Positions 19,005 through 27,812 of a stretch of 64,000 nucleotides of DNA are shown piece by piece. Numbering within the stretch: the first letter of the stretch is position 1; the number at the start of each line of letters is the position of its first letter. The notes beneath the pieces are model-generated. The model saw only the letters and a program-made list of their open reading frames with translations, made no database searches and was not told the DNA's origin. The stretch lies in NCBI GenBank assembly GCA_043824495.1, contig JBDRSV010000024.1:96001-160000 (forward strand). The letters are read 5' to 3'. Origin of the DNA: Candidatus Aenigmatarchaeota archaeon. Its GTDB lineage: Archaea; Aenigmatarchaeota; Aenigmatarchaeia; QMZP01. The position numbers were made by a program, and so were the translations under genes.

Positions 19005-21047
19005 TTAACCAATGAATTCAACCTTTTCAAAACTGCCGTTTTCTTCAAATTTGTCTAATGTTGATACGAAAATTATTACTTTTTTCTTGTCTTCTTTACA
19101 GATTCTAGCTGCTTGTTGTATTACCATGTTCTTGATTCTGTCTGAAGCACATATGAAATGATTGCTTTGTTTCAAGTCCTGATAAATTAATTCTCTATCA
19201 TCTGTGTCTTCAACCATTATAGTTAATTCTTTTCCATCGTTCTGTAAATATATTCTGTTACCTTCTTGTTCACTCTTCCATCCGACTTCATTAAAGGTCT
19301 GCATGATACCTGTTAAGTTCAATTCTTTTTTCTGTGTTGAGTTACCAAATTTATTAGTGAAAACTTTCTCTCCTATATTTGTAAGAAAGTAATAACATAA
19401 TCTATTCTTCTTAACTTTAGCATCAGCTGAATCAACTAATCCGTTATAAGTTAAGTTCTCAACCTTTTTCTTGAAAGTTGCTCCTGACATTTTTACATTT
19501 GTGTATATCTGAGATGTGTAAGCAGCACTACCATTACCAATGGTTTTCATCATAGCCCACTCTTGTTCTCCTAAATCCTCAATTGGAAGAGAGTTTATGA
19601 ATTCTTCTTCCTTTACTGGAGGAGGTGAGTAGCTATCTTCTTTAGCTATTCTGTCTTTCATGTGCTCTCTGATATCATCATCTACAATAGAGTTCTTAAC
19701 CAGTTTAGCCTTGTCGAATTTTACAAGGAATGGTTCTGGGAAATTCATAGAGTGTCTCAAAAGCATGAAACCGTGACCTACTGGCAGTCTTCTTAGATAC
19801 TTACCTTCTTCTCTAGAATCAAGACCAAGCATGTTTGAAGCGTCTTGAATATCTGAAGTATGTTTTGTATCCAAACCTAGATTCATGTATATATGAGTAG
19901 AAGTATTACCAATTGCTGGATATGAAACTAAAGATGGATGCTGATCTATGTATATCATTCCTAATCCTAATTCTCTAATTTCTCTAAATATTAATTCTAC
20001 AACGGTTTCTGATCCTAATTTGGCAGATTTTTCTCTGTTAAGAACATGATGAGCTTCTTCCATCACTATACATCCTATGACTTCTTCTTTTCCGCCTTCT
20101 ACGAGTAACCAATCTCTTATCCACTGTAGAATTATTTCTATGATAAAGCTCTTATCATTAACATCAAGAGCATCTAATTCTAGAATTGTTACCTTTCCTT
20201 TCTTGAAGAAATCAGATGGTTTTATACCTTCTACACAGTCGAATATATGACCTGTGTCTTTGAAGCATAATGACTCTAATGGTCTTTCAGCTGTTGCTAA
20301 CCAGTTTCTTTCTCTTGTTGGCAGCTTACCTTCTGCATATTCTGCTAAGTAATCTTTAAGGTCAAACAGTGTTGGATTTTTCTTTTCCTTGAAAACTCCA
20401 TCTAAAGCTTTCAAGATTACGTGTCTTCCACCACCGAGTAACCAGTAAGAATGATCGAATATTGAAGAGAACTCTTTCATCCACTGTGTTTGACTAATTC
20501 CTTTAGGACCTTTCAGTGGATTGAATTTGAAAGGAGCTACGCCTCTTCCGATTGTGTAAATATCTATTTTGTCTTTAATTTTAGTTGATAGTAAATCTTT
20601 ATAATTTCTCTTAGAGAAATCAAATATCAAAACAGGAATATCCTTTTCTGCTAATTCTTCAATTAAGTTATATGAAATATTTGTTTTACCATAACCAGAT
20701 GAACCAAATATTCCTATATGTGTAAGTAAGTTTTTCTCTTCTAGCATGATTGGATATAAACCCTTTCTTCCGTATAAAACATCACCTAATCTAATTGTTC
20801 CTTTAGCTGCTGCTTCTTGGCTAGGAGGTTCCATTAGTACTGTATCTCTTAGATCTTCATCAGCAGAAACTGCGGCTTTTATAACATCAAGTAGTTCGAA
20901 GATTCTTTGTCTTACATCTTCGTTTCCAACTAAGTAAGCTTTACTTAATCTCAAAGCTTTGTCTTTACCCAAGATTGGAGTAAGCTTCTTAATTTCATCT
21001 GCAATTAGTTTTTCTTGAATATTAATCATTTGTACCACCCAAATCAT
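19005..21047 (-). CDS. HerA/DUF87-like P-loop ATPase with C-terminal winged-helix region
   Basis: Walker A GIFGSSGYGKT, Walker B IVMEEAHH, RE.RELG.G...IDQHPS. Confidence 0.88.
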   Translation of the reverse strand: MIWVVQMINIQEKLIADEIKKLTPILGKDKALRLSKAYLVGNEDVRQRIFELLDVIKAAVSADEDLRDTVLMEPPSQEAAAKGTIRLGDVLYGRKGLYPIMLEEKNLLTHIGIFGSSGYGKTNISYNLIEELAEKDIPVLIFDFSKRNYKDLLSTKIKDKIDIYTIGRGVAPFKFNPLKGPKGISQTQWMKEFSSIFDHSYWLLGGGRHVILKALDGVFKEKKNPTLFDLKDYLAEYAEGKLPTRERNWLATAERPLESLCFKDTGHIFDCVEGIKPSDFFKKGKVTILELDALDVNDKSFIIEIILQWIRDWLLVEGGKEEVIGCIVMEEAHHVLNREKSAKLGSETVVELIFREIRELGLGMIYIDQHPSLVSYPAIGNTSTHIYMNLGLDTKHTSDIQDASNMLGLDSREEGKYLRRLPVGHGFMLLRHSMNFPEPFLVKFDKAKLVKNSIVDDDIREHMKDRIAKEDSYSPPPVKEEEFINSLPIEDLGEQEWAMMKTIGNGSAAYTSQIYTNVKMSGATFKKKVENLTYNGLVDSADAKVKKNRLCYYFLTNIGEKVFTNKFGNSTQKKELNLTGIMQTFNEVGWKSEQEGNRIYLQNDGKELTIMVEDTDDRELIYQDLKQSNHFICASDRIKNMVIQQAARICKEDKKKVIIFVSTLDKFEENGSFEKVEFIG

Positions 21048-21570
21048 TAAAGATCTTTAAGATCTTATTTTCTGTTTGTAGTTGTTCCAGGAGCTCTCTT
21101 AGCTCTGTTTTTAATTCTAATCCATCTCTCCAAAAAAGAATATTTTCTTGTCTTTTTTCTTTTCTGAGAATAGAAACATCAAGTTTGAAATTTCTCTTTT
21201 CATCGATGTCTGTGATATGATTCATCATATCGTCTTTTTCTTCGATGTCTTCTTCAATTTCTTTTAAGAATGTTTTGTGGAGAACTTCTCTTTCTTTCAT
21301 AGTGTTTTCAATTTCACTAACTCTTATTTGCAAGAATTCTACTTTATCGAATAAGCTTCCAATAACTAGAGGATCATCTCTTTTTAGAGCAGTGAGTTTA
21401 CTTTCTTCAAATCTTGGCATTGATCTTTTCTTAATAATTTGAACTTCTCTAACTTCGGGTTCATCTAGATCAATCTCATCATGTCTAATTAAAGACTCAC
21501 GTCTTCTCTTTTTTGTAATGTCTTCATACTCGTCAAGAGTTTTATAATAGGGTTCCATTAATCTGTCCAT
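21022..21570 (-). CDS. Coiled-coil hypothetical protein
   Basis: Glu/Lys/Leu heptad-rich; overlaps the ATPase start. Confidence 0.8.
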   Translation of the reverse strand: MDRLMEPYYKTLDEYEDITKKRRRESLIRHDEIDLDEPEVREVQIIKKRSMPRFEESKLTALKRDDPLVIGSLFDKVEFLQIRVSEIENTMKEREVLHKTFLKEIEEDIEEKDDMMNHITDIDEKRNFKLDVSILRKEKRQENILFWRDGLELKTELRELLEQLQTENKILKIFNDLGGTND

Positions 21571-22432
21571 AATAATTACCTCGAGTGACCATTTGTCACT
21601 ATCTGATAGTTAAAATATGTATAAAGGGTTTATAAAGCTTTCGGTTAGCTTGCAGTGTGCTGTTTTTGAGCGTAAAAATCGTGTACGAAAGACAATTTTC
21701 TTGGGTTTCCATGACTTTTGTGCCAACGAAAGACATATTCTGTCTTTAGTAAGAGAGTTAATAAAGATTTCTGTCTCGCGCCTTATAAAGGATCCGAATT
21801 GGATATTTTATATAGTAATTAATTACTATTGTAGAGATCTTTATTTACTTAAGTCTTTACATAAATAATTCTCAAATACTTTTTGTCTTTGCTAAAGTTT
21901 AATGCAGATTTTCCTCGAAACTTTTGTGGAAATTCTTGAAATCAAATGTCTTCTAGTTTTGCTAGAGCTTTTGAAGACATGGAAACTCTCATAAAACCCC
22001 AACCGAAAAGTATTTAAACCCTTTGACTATAATTTCACTATAGATTAGTGACAACAAATTAAGAAATGTCTGAGTTATGTGTGGTGTCAAATCCTACATA
22101 ACTATCTTTACAATCTACGCAACTTTGAATAAAAAGAATTTCGGGTTAAACTCGCAATTCTAAACTCAGAGAAATTGAGTGCACAGGAATTTAGGCGCGG
22201 CCTAAAATCCCCATAAGAAATCCAAAAAAATGACACGCTTTGTGTCAAAAAATGTGATTTGAGGGGGTTTGATTTCCTTAGCTCTGAGTATCTACTTTTC
22301 GAAAACCACGAAGACTCGCGTAACAATTCTAAGCAATAAATATAGTGAAATTCCAGACTTCTGTAGACTTTCGCTGTCTGACATAGAAATTAACAAGTTG
22401 ACAATAAACGGAAACTTCTGGGAGGGATTGTC

Positions 22433-22795
22433 ATGAGAAATATCATGAGCTGTGTTTTCCTGCTGCTCACATTATTCCTGGTGAGTTGTGCGAAAAGTGG
22501 TCCGGAGCTGGGGAGTGATATCCGGATCAGTGGAACAATCGTCGACATGAGCGAAGGAGGTAGTAGGGATTTCCTGATCCAGTCCGGAGGAAAACTCTAC
22601 CATTTCGGTACTCGACTGCAATTTAAATGGAGTAAACTTCGTGCGGGACATTACGTCACCGTGGATGGGAAGTTTGGGGGACCGTGCGAGGAAGCCTCAA
22701 TGTTCAGACGCTACATGTACGACGACGAAGGGAACTTCATCAAGTCCCTCGAGGTCTATGACATCATCCATGTTTCGAACGTGGAGAGGCAGTGA
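22433..22795 (+). CDS. Putative lipoprotein with OB-fold-like domain
   Basis: Lipobox-like FLVSC; SD GGAGGG. Confidence 0.7.
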   Translation: MRNIMSCVFLLLTLFLVSCAKSGPELGSDIRISGTIVDMSEGGSRDFLIQSGGKLYHFGTRLQFKWSKLRAGHYVTVDGKFGGPCEEASMFRRYMYDDEGNFIKSLEVYDIIHVSNVERQ

Positions 22796-22924
22796 TCCCA
22801 CTGAGTTCATCCAATTCATCGGGTGGACCCAGATGAGATTATTGTCTAAAGGCTAAATCAGCAGGCCTTGAATTGTTGGTAGGGATCATTGGAAGATTCC
22901 CAAAAACATGGCAAGGAGGGCAAC

Positions 22925-23077
22925 ATGTCGCAGGGAACCAAAAACACCAAAGACACAGGAACAAGAGCGTTTCTGGTTATCGACGGAACTACAGGAGACC
23001 TCATTCCTGTGAAAGCATCGTCTGGACGAAAAGCTGAGCAAATCGCCGGCAGCGTAACCAGACAATCCCGCAAATAA
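22925..23077 (+). CDS. Small hypothetical protein (50 aa)
   Basis: SD AAGGAGGG before ATG 22925. Confidence 0.5.
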   Translation: MSQGTKNTKDTGTRAFLVIDGTTGDLIPVKASSGRKAEQIAGSVTRQSRK

Positions 23078-23214
23078 AATTACCCACTGTGAATTCCCCA
23101 GGAGTATCATCCGCCCGGAAGATACTCTGTTCTCCCCCATACTACCATAGGCCACACGGAGCTCATCAGGTTTTCACTTGGTGGGCTCCAGTGAGATCTT
23201 TGGTGGTTAACGTT

Positions 23215-23290
23215 CCATAACCGTTTCATTCACAACCTTTTGCCGACCTTGTCTGCATTGCAGCTCAAGGAAGTGTGTAAAGGAAGGAGA
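23215..23290 (+). promoter_or_regulatory. Repeated structured 5' leader, copy 1
   Basis: Near-identical to 27737-27807, with a compensatory stem change. Confidence 0.6.
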
Positions 23291-23295
23291 GTGTC

Positions 23296-23997
23296 ATGTT
23301 ATTGCATGTAACAGTAATAAGCCGCGGAGACAGAACAACGATCGATGTTCCCAGAACAGAATTCAACTGGGATACCAATCAATGTCGCGTAGTTGAAGGT
23401 GCAGAGGAAGCTGAAAGAAATCTCGGGGTGGCGGAGAATCTCGAAATCCGTAAACCCGCGGCTTACCAGGGACCCTATTTATACTGTATTGTAGAGGTGG
23501 GGTTCGAGGAAATTTGTTTTCCCCCGACTTTCCTCAAGTGGATCGAGAATGTTCCCGAGGATGAGAAAAGAGCCATCCTTATCGTTCCCACCAAAACCAT
23601 CCGAAAGGCCGATGATAGTCACTATATGGGATCTATAGATCGTTATAGGTATTATCCTCATGGTGAAGTCTTCCTGATTGGTCGCAGAATCATCGTGAGG
23701 AACATCTACCTATCACCTGATAACATCAAGATGGTGGTGGATAAAATCCTTGCCCGACTGAGTGACGGCCTGTTCCTCCGGTTGGCCTTTGAGTTTCTCC
23801 AGGCTACGCCGATCAGTGACAATCCTACGGTGACTGGAGAACATATCACCATGTTGGATAATCTCTTCACGGGGACGCGTTCCCTTCGGAGAGGAGATTC
23901 AACTCGTCGCGAACGGTTCAATCATGTTCGGGCCGTGATTGGACATATGGCCAAACACGGGATAGTTCTGTCTGGCAAGATCGAACCCGTGAAGTAA
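23296..23997 (+). CDS. Hypothetical protein
   Basis: 233-aa ORF with SD AAGGAGA. Confidence 0.75.
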   Translation: MLLHVTVISRGDRTTIDVPRTEFNWDTNQCRVVEGAEEAERNLGVAENLEIRKPAAYQGPYLYCIVEVGFEEICFPPTFLKWIENVPEDEKRAILIVPTKTIRKADDSHYMGSIDRYRYYPHGEVFLIGRRIIVRNIYLSPDNIKMVVDKILARLSDGLFLRLAFEFLQATPISDNPTVTGEHITMLDNLFTGTRSLRRGDSTRRERFNHVRAVIGHMAKHGIVLSGKIEPVK

Positions 23998-24050
23998 TCA
24001 ACGGCTTGGAAACCAAGTCAAATCAACGACAATGAAAGTTGAGGTGTAAT

Positions 24051-24371
24051 ATGAATAGGCGAATACAGAGTATGATTGTGATGACTGCGACTTTGATAGC
24101 TGTTGCAGTCTTTCTCCAAGTCTCACAGCTTCACGCGGCACATTTGATGGCAACCGCAATTGCAATTGCGGTTGTGGTGATGATCGTTGTTAACATGGGA
24201 AGAGTTCCCAACACTCGGCAGAAGTTTCGGAACTTCTCTGTCGGAGCCGTTTTCGGGAGCATCTTCCTGTGGGAGTTGTTCAAGGTTACGTTCTTGAATC
24301 ACCCTGCGGCTCTTTGGAGTGTGGTTGTACTCGGAGCTGCGGCAGTCTCATTTCTGACGTTCCGCCGGTAG
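24051..24371 (+). CDS. Four-TM small membrane protein
   Basis: Hydrophobic; SD GAGGTG before ATG 24051. Confidence 0.7.
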   Translation: MNRRIQSMIVMTATLIAVAVFLQVSQLHAAHLMATAIAIAVVVMIVVNMGRVPNTRQKFRNFSVGAVFGSIFLWELFKVTFLNHPAALWSVVVLGAAAVSFLTFRR

Positions 24372-24385
24372 TACTGAAGTTCACC

Positions 24386-24432
24386 GGGGATCCCGATCAA
24401 TCTGGTTGGGATCCCCTCAACCTGACAATAAA
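24386..24432 (+). repeat. GGGATCC hairpin + CAACCTGACAATAAAC, copy 1
   Basis: Homologous to 25298-25344. Confidence 0.7.
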
Positions 24433-24469
24433 CTGTTGTTAAATGTTCCATTACACCAAGGAGGGCGCA

Positions 24470-25288
24470 ATGCGTCACCAACGTTTCATCACCACAGTAC
24501 TGGCACTCATGTTCTTGACTGTGCCGGCAATGTTCAGCAGTGCGGTTCTGGCCGATCCGATTTCATCCGGAGACGGTCAAATGTATGTGGTCCAACAGGG
24601 AGATTGGTTGACGCGGCCGATCATCCCGACACTCTACTCGGATGTGTTGAAGCCAGGCGACTTGAAGAGTGCTCTCTGGATCGCTGACATCTTCGATACA
24701 CTCAACATTAACATCACCCACCGCGACAAAATTCGGGCGTATGATACCATCATGGCGCCGTCATTCGCGGCGTTGAAGAAGTACAAACATCTCGCACCCG
24801 CCGACGTGGTCATCAACCTGTTCGCCACGTATGATATCGCGTCCATGGAACTTGTGGACGCCGAGTTTGTAAGAAAGCGCATCGAGGACTTTGAGGGTAC
24901 TTACTGGTACAAAAATCGAGCCGCGTGGGCCCGAATTTTCGGAGTCGGTAATGGCACGTATGTCTGCGGTGACACCGTGATGCCGTTCTCATGGTTCATG
25001 AGCTGCAATACGGACGGTAATACGGGAATGACTATCTCCATCTCCATGGACGAAGGAGATCTCACCGCAGTTCGCAAGGTTCCAGGTACACGTAACGGAT
25101 TCTGGGGAGCCAGTCGTGACAATAAGTTCACATACGTGGGCTTCGGCAACGACTGGATCGATCGTTGCGACTGGAATGACGAGACCGAGAGCTGGGACAT
25201 TCCACCAGTTCTGAATGAGATCGTCGGAACTCTCAACAACTTTCCATTCGTCCAGTATATGACCGTCGTCGCGTACGAACTGGAATAG
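24470..25288 (+). CDS. Secreted hypothetical protein (paralog 1)
   Basis: Signal peptide; SD AAGGAGGG; GNG.Y...F.W...NTDGN motif shared with the next gene. Confidence 0.8.
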   Translation: MRHQRFITTVLALMFLTVPAMFSSAVLADPISSGDGQMYVVQQGDWLTRPIIPTLYSDVLKPGDLKSALWIADIFDTLNINITHRDKIRAYDTIMAPSFAALKKYKHLAPADVVINLFATYDIASMELVDAEFVRKRIEDFEGTYWYKNRAAWARIFGVGNGTYVCGDTVMPFSWFMSCNTDGNTGMTISISMDEGDLTAVRKVPGTRNGFWGASRDNKFTYVGFGNDWIDRCDWNDETESWDIPPVLNEIVGTLNNFPFVQYMTVVAYELE

Positions 25289-25297
25289 TTGTTACAG

Positions 25298-25344
25298 GGG
25301 ATCCTGACCAATTCGGTTGGGATCCCTTCAACTTGACAATTAAC
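25298..25344 (+). repeat. GGGATCC hairpin + CAACTTGACAATTAAC, copy 2
   Basis: Homologous to 24386-24432. Confidence 0.7.
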
Positions 25345-25388
25345 GTAACATGTTAACAATGAATACCAACAGAGAAGGAGAAAGTCAA

Positions 25389-26714
25389 ATGTGTAACATC
25401 ATCATCCGTACCATCGTGGCACTGGCACTCATGGTTCTGATCGTGCCGGCCATCACCAACATCGCAATTGCGGACGGAACGCCGTGTGGTCTCACCGTAG
25501 GTAATGGCAACGACATCGATCGCGACTTCGTTGCATTCCTCAACAAAGAAGGAATCAGATGGTTAACAATCGAGGAATTCGTTGAGTGCTACTCCCAACT
25601 GATCGGTCCAGGTAGTACCATGTTGAGCACCACTCGGGGATATGGCTGGGGATATATTGACGTTCCTTTCAAGTTTGGCGATTCGGTCGCGTCTATAGTG
25701 AACATGGAGATCATGCCAGGCGTCCGGATCAATATGGCTTGGGATCAAGCGGTCATCTTCTACAAATATGCGAATAATCATGGAATGCATATTCTGAAGA
25801 AGACGGAGAATGACCGTGAGGTTCCGGCCTGGAGCGGCTTGATTGATGAAGCTACGGTGCGTCAACATGTCAACGGCTTCGAAGTGTCCGCGCAGATTCC
25901 GAGTGATGTTCTGGAATCGGATGTTGCGATTATCCGGATGCGAGATTTAAAGGACGCCTACTTGGCCGAGAACACCGACGTTATCGAGTCTTACCTCATC
26001 GAGAAGTTTGACCTCGACGACGATTCCGAGCCGTATTCTGACAATCGGCCAAATATATTTCATCGCAGTGGCGAAGTCTTACTGGACTCGGAGATGTTCT
26101 TCGTGTATGAAGGTCTGGAAATTCTCAATCTCATCATCAATGATCGGTGGATTGGTGTACGATTCCCCGGATCGACCTATATCCACTTCATCAACATCGG
26201 ACCGAGAAAAGTCCACGACTTGAATGCCAACTTCGTCGAGACGAAAACTCCGAACAACACCGGCGGTCAGATCAGTATCCCGCAGGATGTGATCGAAAAG
26301 ATGACGTGGATCGATTCCGTCTATTCGGATAGGATGTCCCCGAATCCGATGTTAGGTTTCGGAAACGGTGAGTACCTGGCGAGCTCTGGGATCGTTTCGT
26401 TCGCGTGGGTTGCCTGGACCAACACCGATGGCAACCTCCAGTTCTATCTCAATGTTCTCCTTAACATTGATCATCAGGTGACGATCGAGACTGTGTCTCA
26501 CTACGGTGGGCCTGATGTTTGGAGGGCGTGGAGTCCGAATCAGACCTGCACAGAGGTGGAGACTGGAAACGGCTGGTGTTATATTCACTGTTCCCAGTCG
26601 GAAAGTGGACCTCGAATCTGCGACTATAGACAAGCCTTGGACGATGCAGTCGCGGCGTTCAATGGCATCGATTTCTTCACGAACATGAAGGTGATCATGT
26701 ACACGGTGAAGTAA
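25389..26714 (+). CDS. Secreted hypothetical protein (paralog 2)
   Basis: Signal peptide; SD AAGGAGA; shared C-terminal domain. Confidence 0.8.
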   Translation: MCNIIIRTIVALALMVLIVPAITNIAIADGTPCGLTVGNGNDIDRDFVAFLNKEGIRWLTIEEFVECYSQLIGPGSTMLSTTRGYGWGYIDVPFKFGDSVASIVNMEIMPGVRINMAWDQAVIFYKYANNHGMHILKKTENDREVPAWSGLIDEATVRQHVNGFEVSAQIPSDVLESDVAIIRMRDLKDAYLAENTDVIESYLIEKFDLDDDSEPYSDNRPNIFHRSGEVLLDSEMFFVYEGLEILNLIINDRWIGVRFPGSTYIHFINIGPRKVHDLNANFVETKTPNNTGGQISIPQDVIEKMTWIDSVYSDRMSPNPMLGFGNGEYLASSGIVSFAWVAWTNTDGNLQFYLNVLLNIDHQVTIETVSHYGGPDVWRAWSPNQTCTEVETGNGWCYIHCSQSESGPRICDYRQALDDAVAAFNGIDFFTNMKVIMYTVK

Positions 26715-27002
26715 AGCCGAACGCCACGAATTACTAATCCGCTCTTCTTCCCAAAGAAGTGTGGCTAGTGTGAAAGGAGTATGGGAAGGTTCCACAGTAG
26801 TAGCATCAACGGCAAAAAGTAAAAGACAAAAAAATGAAGGCCAAACCCGAGGAGGAACTCGAAGTGAAGACGAAACGAAGGTCATGCCAATATCCCATTT
26901 CGCCCATGATGGCGACTCATATTCTCATAGTCTGACCGGCCGCCGGCGACGCCACGGGCCTCTTATATAGTTAGCGGGGCCCATCGCCAATGCAGTCAAA
27001 AT

Positions 27003-27083
27003 CCCGGGTAGGCTTCAACCCCTACCCGGGGTTCCAAATGAGCTCATCTAGTTCAGATATTTTCTAGGTGGGCCCATTTGGAA
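27003..27083 (+). repeat. Double-hairpin intergenic element, copy 1
   Basis: CCCGGGTAGG..CCTACCCGGG then TTCCAAATG..CATTTGGAA. Confidence 0.7.
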
Positions 27084-27147
27084 TTGTAAATGATTGTTGA
27101 CTGTTCAATGAGCGTTCCGAAAGGAACATTGCAAGGAGATTTTTATC

Positions 27148-27612
27148 ATGACACAGCAGATGACATCAGTACCAGATGGTTGGGGCGGAGCAGGTGGCGA
27201 CAGTCTCGGCACAGATGCACTCGAGCTTCTGAAGAAAATGGGATTCGACAATGCAATGGGACAAGCGTTGCTCGGCAGCTTTAATCCACAGGGTTTCGTG
27301 GATGCGCTTCTCACGTTCCGACCGTTCCCGGTTGGCGGAGTCTCTCCCGAAGCTCGGAACGAGAGCAGAGAAGCTCAGTGGATTTATCTCACATGGATCT
27401 TCACCAGTCGGCAGAGAGCCTCCTTTCCCGTCGAAGGGGTGAGTGGCCTTGCTGACTTCGTGGATATTGTCCGGAAAGCACAGAGCGATGCGGACGCGAA
27501 CGAACATGCAGTTCGAATCTTGTCCAGGTTTGGGTGTGTCGATCTCCTCGTTGGTGAAGGTCGGACCTTCTTGCACACGAAAGCCATCGATTTCGCTAAT
27601 TCCCAAACGTAA
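27148..27612 (+). CDS. Hypothetical protein
   Basis: SD AAGGAGA; 154 aa. Confidence 0.7.
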   Translation: MTQQMTSVPDGWGGAGGDSLGTDALELLKKMGFDNAMGQALLGSFNPQGFVDALLTFRPFPVGGVSPEARNESREAQWIYLTWIFTSRQRASFPVEGVSGLADFVDIVRKAQSDADANEHAVRILSRFGCVDLLVGEGRTFLHTKAIDFANSQT

Positions 27613-27634
27613 GTCCGCGACATCACCAACCAAT

Positions 27635-27720
27635 CCCGGGAACAAGACAGTTCAATCTGTTCCCGGGTTCCAAATGAGTTCATGTGGTTTGATTTCTTGA
27701 CTAGGTGGGCTCATTTGGAA
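27635..27720 (+). repeat. Double-hairpin intergenic element, copy 2
   Basis: CCCGGGAACA..TGTTCCCGGG then TTCCAAATG..CATTTGGAA. Confidence 0.7.
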
Positions 27721-27736
27721 TTGAGTTGTAGTAGAA

Positions 27737-27807
27737 CCATAACCCATTCACGACCTTTTGTCGACCCTGTCTGATATCAGTTCAGGGAAGAATCTAAAGG
27801 AAGGAGA
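27737..27807 (+). promoter_or_regulatory. Repeated structured 5' leader, copy 2
   Basis: See 23215-23290. Confidence 0.6.
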
Positions 27808-27812
27808 ATTCA

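Noticed and set aside
21754-21761. AGAGTTAA as a TSD defining the left end of block D
   Set aside because: An 8-bp AT-rich match is plausible by chance, and the same string is already explained by the transposon TSD
24421-25360. Sigma70 promoters at (C/T)TGACA
   Set aside because: No -10 hexamer at 16-18 bp spacing; kept only as an unexplained repeat
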